Of a stretch of 64,000 nt of DNA, positions 1 through 11,300 are shown in pieces. Source of the DNA: Antedon mediterranea. Taxonomy: Eukaryota; Animalia; Echinodermata. Within the stretch, counting starts at the first letter, position 1. Every line of letters starts with the position of its first letter. The notes beneath the pieces were generated by a model. The model saw nothing but the letters and a program-made list of their open reading frames with translations. It searched no databases and was not told the DNA's origin. The stretch covers positions 11,554,101-11,618,100 of the forward strand of contig NC_092677.1 of the NCBI RefSeq assembly GCF_964355755.1, given 5' to 3'. Both the position numbers and the translations under genes were made by a program.

Positions 1-2080
1 GTTTGGTTGATAGGATGGGTTTGGAATCCACTGAGTTTAGTTATTTATGGGCCAATAGTTTAGTAGTAGGCTAGCTAGGCCCATGATGGCCCCAATGTTT
101 TAACGTTGCCATCGTGGCATGGAATCCCTAGTCAGAAATGGCTCTCACCCATGAATAAAATGATTTAGGCTAGGCCTAGCCTAGCACGTGATGCCGATAT
201 ACGATCTGTACTATTCGAGGTATAAAAATAGTATAATTTATGACTCCGTAATCTGTACTAAATTTTGTATTTCATTAAATGTCAAATAAATATATGCTAC
301 TACTGTTATTATTACACTTTAGGCCTAGCTTCGAAAATCTACAAAAAAATGTATTTCACAATGATCGGGTGGTCGTCGTTTGACAGGGGAGAGAGAACAC
401 AACGTAAAAGCTTGACGTCGCGAGTTTGGAATCCACTGATGACGTGATTTTGTGAATATCTCATGAATATTAATGAGCTTCCCTAAGCTGCTGAAAAACA
501 GACTTTCCATGAATTTACCCTAAAATGTATATGAAATTTAATTTTTTTAATTTCTCGTTATTACTTCTTCATTCTGACATGTCTATATTGTTATAATATT
601 TTTTATTTAATAAATAAACGATATTTAAAAGCAATTTTAAACCCAGAATCCCCCTTTAAATCTGTTTGTGAAAAATGTATGCGAGAAAAGCATTCTCTAC
701 CGTGGATATTGACCCCCTGAAAATAAATAATTGTTTTTGTTGAATATGCCATTTTAATGTCACATAATAGTAAATTCACTATGACTAAAAATGGGATAAA
801 AAAAAAGTTATTGACTTGCAAAAAACTGTAAAAACAATTTAAAGTGAAAAATTGATTTACTTAAAGGAAGTCAATGAGTTTTTGGTTGAATTGAACCGTT
901 TAATTTCTCCTTTTATTTAATATGTGAAAACATTATTTATTTTTTTTTTTTTCTATGAAAGTGATTAACTTAATTACAACTGTGAAATGGCCTATATTCT
1001 TTTTTTTTAAATTAATAGATCTTCATTTTTCATATTTTTAAAGCTGGACGGCTGGGGTTGGTGCTCTATGTTGAGTCAACTGAGTTTTACAACAGAATGA
1101 TAACAGATGAAAGTTGACAATTATTTAGCTTTAGGTTTATTTTGGCCATATGGCTGTAGGTTAAGTTGGGTTAATTGTCAACCAAGCAAAGGCCTGGATA
1201 TACTGTATGGAAGTATTTAATATTGAAATAATTTAAATGCATTGTTGCAATCACAATAAGCCAAGTTTTTATCTATTGACAACGTGAAATAACTGATTAA
1301 CATTAATCAATCTAATTAGCTATTTTGGGCAACAGAAACTCAATTCAGGATATGTAAAATCTATATCAATGCTAAATACTGGCTAAGCAGTTTCAGCTGT
1401 AACAAAATGTGATGTGCCCAAATATGGACTACCATATTTGGGCACATCAGTACCTTGGCCACATCACTACCACATTTGGGCACATCACTTTTTTTTGTGT
1501 CAAACTAGTTTTAGTTTGATAGTGTACTGTAGACTATGACGCTAATTATAAATATTATGACATTGCTTGCGATCCTCCATAGATCTGAACATACCCTTAG
1601 TTTTGTTTAAAATATTTAAGAGAGTTTATATCATAATTAAATAAGCACAAACCCCCTTGACAGCTGTTTTGTTTTTGATAATTACTATTAGCATAACACT
1701 GCAGTAGAAATCAATAAAACTCTTCACATAATATGATAAAATGCGAGTAAATGTGAGCATAGTCCACATGTTGCAAGACAAATCTTTATAATTTGTAGTT
1801 TACTTTAACATTGGTTCATTAGGCCTACGACTGTCCATTGTGTGAGCTACTGTACTACAAAAAGCATGGATTGGATTAACCTTGCATCATTCACAATCAT
1901 GTGAAAATCAAAATGAAAACACCTGCTACGAGAAACAAGAATCTGATAATGTTGATATTTTTAAAGAAACAATAAGCCATTGATTTTGTTGTAGTATGCC
2001 TTTACCTCATTCAGCTATGGTGCGTATTTATTTAGATGACAAAACAAATTTAAGTGATTCTGTGTTGACTGCAGTACAAC

Positions 2081-2100
2081 CATGGAGGTATACCTCCATG
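2081..2100. mobile_element. 20-bp perfect palindrome with 7-bp direct flanks (P-element-like footprint or micro-element)
   Basis: GTACAAC|CATGGAGGTATACCTCCATG|GTACAAC. Confidence 0.65.
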
Positions 2101-2215
2101 GTACAACATATTAATAATAAATGAGACTGAAGAGGGAAGACTGAAGTTCTAAACTAATTCTATGATACCCATATTTTAAACATATTGCCCATACAGGCAC
2201 GAAGCGTTTACTATA

Positions 2216-2761
2216 AGCCTATTTTCCTGTCGACGTTAAGTTGCGGTGAGTTTAAAATCGTTGAAAATAAAATAGCGATGACAATGATCGAGCCGGACCG
2301 CTAATATTTACACATTTTTAAGCGATCGTTCATAGTTTCTTGGTTTTCGGGTTTTGATGCCTTAACCTAGCCTAGGACATGCTTTCGTTGATATCTTAAT
2401 CTAGGCTTACACTAAAGACAAACATTAAACTTAATTGGTTTAATATTACAATTTAATTTGACTTACACTTGTTTTTTTATTAATCAGACCTTAAAAGTGT
2501 ACAAAAATGGTGAAAAACAAGTCGCGTTGTTAAAATTCAAGAACTGTCAGCGCGTACCTATTTTTTCACAAACTGCAATGACCTAATTTGTGGACCATTT
2601 GATTGGTCAGTTTTAACAATCGTAACGATCGTAATCGTTAAAGTTTAATTCCGTTCCTTTCAACTTTAACGATTTTAAACGTTAATTTTTACCCCCTTTT
2701 CCTGTCAAATCGTTGAATCTGTCAACTCAACGCAAATTAACGATTGACAGGAAAACAGGCT
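2216..2761. mobile_element. Harbinger-like MITE (~545 bp) in SLC7 intron 1
   Basis: TIR AGCCTATTTTCCTGTC / GACAGGAAAACAGGCT; repeated aatcgtt/aacgatt subterminal motifs. Confidence 0.7.
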
Positions 2762-3455
2762 TTAGGATTGTCATGTTTACATCTGGGTATATGTATAGTA
2801 TGCATTTTGCGTTGTTAAAATACAAATTCCCTTCTAAATAAAATAATATATTTACTATAAAAAAGAAAAAGAACATTGCATAAAGTATAGTGGTATTTAA
2901 ACAGTCTTTAATTACCTTTGGAATTTTAAGTTAAAAATATAAAAAGTCACTATTTACAAAATAGTTTCTGCATTTTAATTGAGTTTATTTAGAGATCAGT
3001 CGACCATATCTGCAGAATAGCAAGATAGTTTCTTTGCTTGCCAATCGTTTGTTTTATTTTAGAGTTTGCATATATTTCATTTTTGTAAATGTCAATGCAC
3101 AATACATCATACCTTACAAATGATAAGACCTGATAGTTTGAAACAAACCGATTATATTTCAGAATATCACATAATAATAAACATTTAAATTACATACCCA
3201 TTGTATTTTAATCTTTCCTTATTCAGTCAAAAGATTTTATACAAAACTAGTATTATAGATTGTGAAACACTTATTATTAAAGTAACATGATAGTTTAGGT
3301 AGTGATTAAGTTTGAAAGTATTTATTTCGACAATCCAATCTGGAAATAACAATTATGCACTTTCTCTACATACAAAGAGACATACAAATTTAAATTAGTT
3401 CATCAATACAAACATTTAGTGAAAAAATATTTAAAACAACTAAAATGTAACTTAC

Positions 3456-3957
3456 AAAGAATCGCAGCAGCTAGGAGTTTGACAGCCGACTGTGGGGGTT
3501 CACATATTGGATAAAAAGCAGCAACACAGTATTGTGCAAATGCTATTGCTAAAACTGCCATTGTGCCCGTCTTGATAGCCAAAAGAGAAGTCCAAATTCG
3601 AAGAAATGCCACCAAAGGTCCGAATGCTTCTAAGATGTACACATAATCGCCTCCAGATTTTGGGAATGTGGTACCCAACTCAGCATAGCAGAGAGCTCCT
3701 AGGCTAGACATTATACCACAACCCAGCCATACCAGAAGAGATGCACCGACCGTCCCGGTGTTTTCTAGGATGCCCTTCGGCGAGATAAAGATACCGGAGC
3801 CTATGATCACTCCAACAACGATGGTAACACATTCAAGTAAACCGACTTGACGACGGAGAACCACCGCATCTGGGTTTGAACTTCTATCATCTTCATTTGC
3901 TACCCTTTCTTTCATTGGTATCACTTCTGCACCGTTAGATTCCTTCATATCGGCCAT
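3456..3957 (-). CDS. First coding exon of an SLC7-family L-type/heteromeric amino-acid transporter light chain (LAT1/LAT2/y+LAT/xCT-like); gene continues beyond the left edge of the window
   Basis: ORF carries the family motifs IVVGVIIGSGIFISPKG and GALCYAELGTTFPKSGGDYVYI, plus the extracellular Cys (FYPIC) that bonds to the SLC3 heavy chain. Exon ends in phase 1 at a gtaag donor (cttac on + at 3451-3455). The exact paralogue cannot be assigned by eye. Confidence 0.93.
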
Positions 3958-5409
3958 TGCTGCTCCCTTTCTCCTACCTTGAAATTTTGTTTGTCTCTCT
4001 CGCCTGCTGTCTCTCCGATATGTTTACAAATGATGTACCACGTGCCACGCTTGAAATATGTGTTGAAAATTTAAAAAGCACCACAATATTGAGGGCGCAT
4101 TATCAATTACGCGTGCCATGCCAGGCCACGCCTACCACCACTACCACACCCACTTTCCAGAAGAATTCGCATTTGAATTAATTATTCATAAATTAGGAAT
4201 TTAAATAAAAAAAATGTAAATTTTAGGTGATGATGACATCTAATTTTTAAAACAGGTTTATAAGCATTATATTGACGTCGATTATTTCACACCATACAAT
4301 TTCAGAGAAATTGGTCGAAGTTTGGAAAAACAATGCATAGGCTACAGTCAATAAAACACATTGCACTTATAGTATTCCTTCTTGAAAATAGTTTTAATTA
4401 AAAACAAACTTTAATATAAAGCTCACATTTTAGATATACAAAATGAGAGTAAACAATATTGAATCATAAATGCAGGTTTTAATCTTTTTAAATTATTGTG
4501 AGAAATGTAGCCTATTAGTTTTAAGTAATTATTACAAATACAGTAATTGTAGAGACCATTGTGTTATTAATTTGAAACTACATTAGTTAAATCTAGTACA
4601 TCATTGATGATTTTAGAGTAGGACCATACTGAAAAAAATATAAATTACAATAACAATAACTATAGTGTACTTGTATTGGTAAATTATTCAATATATTAAA
4701 TTTTGGGAACTATAATCTGTAACAGTAATATTCAGATTACTTTTAATTTAAAAATAATTTCAACATACTCAGATATTGTAGAATTATAAAATAGTTTCTA
4801 TTATATCTATATATTCCATCCAGAAAAGTAATTTTTATCCAACTTTTTTTATCCAACTTTTAGACAACCCTTTACTATTACATCAGTAAGAGACCATACC
4901 ACAGTCAATGGTATGGGAATTAAATAGGTATTCCTAATACAGTAGAACCAACACACATATTCAAGGACGCAAGCCTCAACGCAAATGACCGATCGCTTTT
5001 GATAGGTCAATTCGATTAGGTTGCGGCATACGTTCTTGTGTTGCATCAGTGGAACCAAGCTTTAATATGGGGTGTACTGTACTCAGAAATATAACTCACT
5101 ATGCAAACTGTAATTTTGACTATACTATAAAACAAAATGAATGAAATAAACATAATTTAAAAAAATGCTTTATCCTATTGAACATACACAATGCACATAC
5201 ATGTAGTACAGTGCACAAGACAACAGAATACATCCACAATAAATACCACATTCAAAGCAAATTCATTTCATACTGAATTTCAGCTGTAGAAAAATACATC
5301 TTTTTTTTTACTTTGAACATTGTCCAAATATACATAGTCCCAACTAAACTAAAAAACAAAATAAAATGATTAAATATGTTTAATAAAAAGATAGTCCAAC
5401 TACAGGTAA

Positions 5410-5716
5410 AGCCTGGTTTCCATAAAATCGCTACACCGTTTCCATTGAAATCGCTACACGCGCAAATGTCGCCGACGCGCATTGGGGAGGTCTCCCCGAT
5501 TCATCGTCCCCGATTCATCGCAGACAAATCGGCAAAGTTCAACCATGTTCAACTTTGCCGATTTTGTCGGCGATGAGTCGTATACGCGTGTACCAAAGAA
5601 TATTTAGCGCTCGCGTACTAGATCCCCGATAAATTCTAACGTTTCCATAGAATCGCTACGCTCTGTCGGCGACAGCAGTCGGCGACACGGTGTAGCGATT
5701 TTATGGAAACCAGGCT
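5410..5716. mobile_element. Harbinger-like MITE (~307 bp)
   Basis: Perfect 29-bp TIR AGCCTGGTTTCCATAAAATCGCTACACCG; TWA flanks; internal repeat of gtttccat..aatcgctac. Confidence 0.85.
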
Positions 5717-8229
5717 TTAATCCTTGTTGAGAAAAAAAGTTAGCAAGTTCGGCCAACCTAGGGAGCCTTTTCAATCCTCCTTGAGATTGTAGCAACTAGG
5801 TCTACCTAGGATGCCAGTAAAACATTTCTTCAGCCCACAAGTCAGCAAATTTATATATGGTTTAGAGACAATCCAGCTGCTATATTCACCAAATCAAACA
5901 AAATATTGTTTAAGTATTTCACTTAAGTAAATAGATATTTAGGAATTTCTCTTTAAGTGATATCCACCTAAATGTTTCCTTTTTTAGGGCGTTTCCATTA
6001 GCTTAAGCGTGAATGGAGAATATAGAAACTATGGCCTCATAGTTAATTTTCCAAGTAGAAGATTGTGGATCCATTTAGCAATATTCACTAAATAGTCGAA
6101 TAACCATGATTAAAACATGACATGTATAACAATTAACATATATATAATTTGTGACTCATTTTGTTCCATAGCATTGGTGATAATGTCAACATTCTACTGG
6201 AATAACCCAATTTTAATTTTAAACAGCAATGGTTTTAGTTTAATGTATCATGTGTATGATTAGCCCAAACAAGCTTGCTAAATAATTGCATAAACAGGTT
6301 ACAAAATATAGTTACTGCAGTAACTGCAGTAAAATAATTTGGAGAAAAAAAGCTACATTACTTACATATATATGAGTTGAAAATAATACTGTAATAAAAA
6401 AATCATTAAAATTGACAAATAAAAAAAAAATCAAAAGTTAACATAAGCAAAATGCTATAAACTAAAAACCTGCACACTAAATCACCTTAGTTCCCAGTTC
6501 TAAAATTAAACTAAAATTATTTATTTTGCATCCAATTTAAAGCACAATATCCAAAACCAAACCACCATATATCCAGCAATTTAAAAACTAGAGTAAAATT
6601 AATTTGTACAAAACACAAGTTATGGTATTAAAATCCATGTGTATTATCATTTGATTTATGGTTCAACTTGACTTGACTAACTAAATACAGTAGAAAATCT
6701 TGTTTGAGATACCTTTATTGAGGGACACCTATTAAGGGGACACCTTCATTACTAACAAAGCAGACTCCCTTTAATATGAATACCCTTATAGTGTTAAAAC
6801 ATATATCACCCCTTGTTTGTTTCAAGGGAAAGTGTCCCTGTGATTAGGGGTGTCCCAAAGCAGGGGGCTCTGATACCTAAACTTAACACATTGATATTTG
6901 AAGCCATAGGCAGGGAAAATAACAGTACACATAATGGTGAACGCTTGCCAAAAATAGTATCTATTTCTACTAACATAATTATATTCTGTATGTATGAAAG
7001 ATGGACTGTATTTATTTTGCTCAAGCGAATACGGTACAATTTGCATTTCTGTGTAAACATACAATTATTCATACATAAATACCTATTTACAGAGTCCTGA
7101 TACAATCATTTAAATAAGCTTGTTTATTTGAGGTTTTTAAACTTTCAAAATGGGTTTATAATGCATGCTTGATTTCTCTACATTCATAAACATACTTAGG
7201 AATTTCATAACATACCCACTACAACATAAATCTTAATAAACCAGCCATGTGCAAATATACTTATTACAATTTCCATTCATCAGACAATCCTACATATCAG
7301 CTACAATTACAAAAAAGCTTATCTCTTCATCATAATCATCATTATATATAATTAATATTTTAAAAAACATTGGTTACATAGAGCAAAGTAGTAGAGTTTT
7401 ACATAATCTCTTCAGTGACGGTGCCCACAGCCTACAAACGAAGTTCTGAACTGAATCCGATCTTTTTGCCTTGCAGGTGGGTCTGCCTATGCTCCATTAA
7501 ATGCTTGACACTGTATATAACCAGATATTAATATGTCACGCTTGGCAAAATACTTTTAAAATACATTTAAAAAATATTTTGTACTTGATTTTTTATATTT
7601 GTTTAGTACTAGAGTAAAAAGGAAAAAAAAGGATCTGCAATTTAGCGCTTAAATTATGCGAAAAAATGTTGTTACTAAAAGTTACAATGCGTTTTTTACG
7701 TGATTAAGTGTATACTTAATCATACAGCAAATCCCTTATCTTATACTCCCATCATAATTTTTACAAAGTTTATAAAAATAAAACGATCATGAAGATTGCA
7801 GTTGGTACAAATTACATTAACTGATTAAACTATAGTATTACACTCAAATCTCCCAATACCGAAAATGTCCCAAAAACTAGACTCTATGGAAGTCCAAAAG
7901 GTCGTATAATTTTTTTACCACTAAAAACACAATCAAAGTACCAACATTTCTGAAAAAAAAAATATATTAAGCAAGCCCAGTGGTATCCCATATTGGGAGG
8001 GTGTTCCGTATTGGGAGGGTTTCCCATATTGGAAGGGTGTCTTGTATATTTATATACGAACTAAAACTTTTGGTAAAGATTTACATTCTCCTTACTGTGT
8101 AAATATGTCCACCATTTTGAGAAAATAGGAAGCAGATTATTTTTGGTTGGAATTTTAAAATTCTAATAAAAATGTAAATTCTAATTCCTAAAAGTTACAT
8201 ACACAGTAAACTATTATTAATAAAATTTA

Positions 8230-8397
8230 TCACTTGTTTTTAACTTCTGCTCTTACATGTTTCGTCACTCGGCCGCAAAACATGCCAAACATAAAAAGGC
8301 AACCGAAAAATATTATAAATACAGAGAAAAAATAATTTCTTGATGGAGATGAATGTATAGACATCATAAGCTCTTGCACTGTTTCAGGCGGAGCATT
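8230..8397 (-). CDS. GLG1: GLG1 exon 22 (TM helix, cytoplasmic tail, stop)
   Basis: cag|NAPPETVQEL...SPSRNYFFSVFIIFFGCLFMFGMFCGRVTKHVRAEVKNK, then TGA TAA. Confidence 0.93.
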   Translation of the reverse strand, partial: NAPPETVQELMMSIHSSPSRNYFFSVFIIFFGCLFMFGMFCGRVTKHVRAEVKNK

Positions 8398-11300
8398 CTG
8401 AAAACAAATAAATATGGTATAATTAATGGGATTCAGCAATATATCACTCCTCTAAACATAGAACACTTTTTAATCCCCCAGATGAACTTAAAATATTAAA
8501 GGCTGTATTCAGTCAGAGGAAAAATGGCCAAAAAAAAAGAGTTTTATCAGATAATCTATATTGTTTTGACAACTCTTGTAACATGACCACAGTGCTGATT
8601 TTGCCATTTTTCTCCTAACTGTATTCAAACCACCGTAGATTTGACGACCTAAGACTTATGACTTTTTGCTAATTTATTGTGCGCGCGTGTGAGGCCGAGC
8701 GGTTAAGACAGTGGAACTGTAATTACGTAGCCATAACATCGGCAAGGGTTCGAGGCTCACTCGCTCCATAATTCTGGTGGTAGAAGGAGTCTTCTCGGAT
8801 AAGGACTATAAACCGTAGGTCCAGTGTACACGTCTAGCTTGTGTGCACTTTAAAGAACCTAGTACATCTTTCGAGACGAGTAGGAGGTTACCCCGGTGTA
8901 TTAGTACATCACAGCCACTGATCACCAACTGGGCCCTCTGGGTCACCGAGTATAAAAATAAACTAACTTGATTTCAGTTTTGCAATTTTCGTCAATTCAT
9001 TTGTACCTTGCAATACAAAATTTGAAATCCCCAGAAATTAAATTTTTCTCTTAAACTAAATATAATTTCTGCAGAGGATTTCAAATCTGGCACTGTATTA
9101 TCTGCGAGAATATTGGCAGTCAGGATTTGAATTTAGTGTACCTGCTACAACAAATAACATCACATCTCATTGTTTCATTGTCACTACGCGCCACATGCTT
9201 CCAAATGCATATATGAGTGGAGTGTGAAACGTGAAAATGGAAAGCCGCTGTACACACAATGTGACGTGAACTGGACCGGAGCAGGTGCGACAACACTAAT
9301 CTATAGAACCACTAAAACGCTAATTTTTTAAAGATTAAAAACAAACGTACTTCAGCTGCATATTCCCACATCTCTTTTCTCTCTAACAGCATTCTCCTGC
9401 ATTCTTGCCGTAACCGCACCGTATTGTCTTCTAAAGCTTCTAACAAACATGACATATCTAATGAAAAAAAAATTAAAAACAGGTATATTACCTTCAAAAT
9501 TACATTTTCTGTTTTAAAGCTCCGTCTGCACTATCAAATTTTATGTGACAAAAAAATGTGATGTGCCCATATATGGACATGATGATATCACTACCATATT
9601 TGGGAATATCACTACCATATTTGGACATCACACTTTTATTGTCAAACTAGTTTGATAGTGCAGACAGAGTTTAATCTGATATAAAAATGTTATGTGAAAA
9701 AGACAATTTGTCAGTTAATTTATTCAAGAAGGTATAGGGCATATCCAGGAACTAATATACAAAGGAGTTCTTAATTTCATTTTAGCTGTAATAGTAGAGC
9801 AGTTAATGACATGAGCTGTGCATTTTATTACCAAAGCATGAAACTTGGCACAAAGTTTCTATAATGTATATAGATTCAAAATATCGGGGGGTGCCAAGTG
9901 TCCAACGTCCGGTATGGCGGCCATCTTGATTTCAAAATGGCCACCATAAAAACAAAAAATGTTCATATCTTGGCAACTATACACATTAGAGACTTAATTC
10001 TGGTCTCAAATTGTTCACAAACTATATATTTCTATTTGCTCTAATGAAAATTTTCGTCAAAAAATGACCGGAAATGACGTTTCTTTCAGTTTGATCTTTG
10101 ACCTCGTATTTGTATATCTCTGTAACTACTGGTCATTTTCAATCGATTTTGGTGTCATTTTGTTCAGAATAAATACATTTATATTTGTAGTAATGAAACA
10201 TTTTCACATAAAATGACCGGAAATACAATTTATGACCTTTGACATTTAATTATTGATTTTTAATTATGTGAATATACTGTATGTGGTTTTTGGTGGTCTT
10301 AAATGCACCTAATTTTGAACTAAACTTTGACCTGATAGGCGTAATTATATTAAATGATTAATGGACTTAAATTGTATATAGTACATAAAATTGGTAAACA
10401 TTGTGCTTTTGGTGGTACCATTAGTTCAATGATGTTGGCACCTTCTGATTCGCTAAAAGTTTTAATAGTTTGACAGAGGAAATAACATACATGTTATGGA
10501 ATACCGTAAAACCTCGAAAAGGTGATAGTATGAGCTTCTTTTCGAGATAGACTGTATTTGAATGTCAAATGAATAGTATGATGATCGTGTTTATATCAAT
10601 ATATTATTAATGACCTTACAAAGAACCCTTTATATTTCAACAATCAAGCCTCAGTTATTCTACAATTTATTGTTTTCAAAGTGGCCGGTGGGCCTATTTT
10701 GATTGCATCTTCTTTTTGTAGGCCTATGCTTCCTCGGTAATATGGTCCTACCCCTCCTTCTTTGTCTGTAGATGGTCTTATACCCCATTCTTTGTCTGTG
10801 GATGGTCTTATACCCCCTTCCTTGTCTGTGGATAGTCTTATACCCGCTTCTTTGTCTGTGGATGGTCTTATACCCGCTTCTTTGTCTGTGGATGGTCTTA
10901 TACCCCCTTCTTTGTCTGTGGATGGTCTTATACCCGCTTCTTTGTCTGTGGATGGTCTTACACCCCTTTCTTTGTATGTAGATGGTCTTACACCCCTTCT
11001 TTGTCTGTGGATGGTCCTACACTCCCTTCTTTGTATGTGGATAGTCCTACACCCCCTTCTTTGTCTGTGGATAGTCCTACACCCCCTTCTTTGTCTGTGG
11101 ATGGTCTTATACCCCCTTCTTTGTCTGTGGATGGTCTTGAACCCCTTTCTTTGTCTGTGGACGGTCTTATACCCCCTTTTTTGTCTGTTGATGGTATTAA
11201 ACCCCTTTCTTTGTCTGTTGATAGTATTACACCCCTTTCTATGTGTGTGGATGGTTTTACACCCCTTCTTTGTCTGTGGATGGTCTTACACCTCCTTCTT

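Noticed and set aside
8224-8232. Stop-codon readthrough or selenocysteine at the GLG1 TGA
   Set aside because: TGA is immediately followed by TAA, and the tail already matches the normal GLG1 end
8685-8765. tRNA gene
   Set aside because: A and B boxes are present but there is no clean cloverleaf, and the sequence continues into a SINE body
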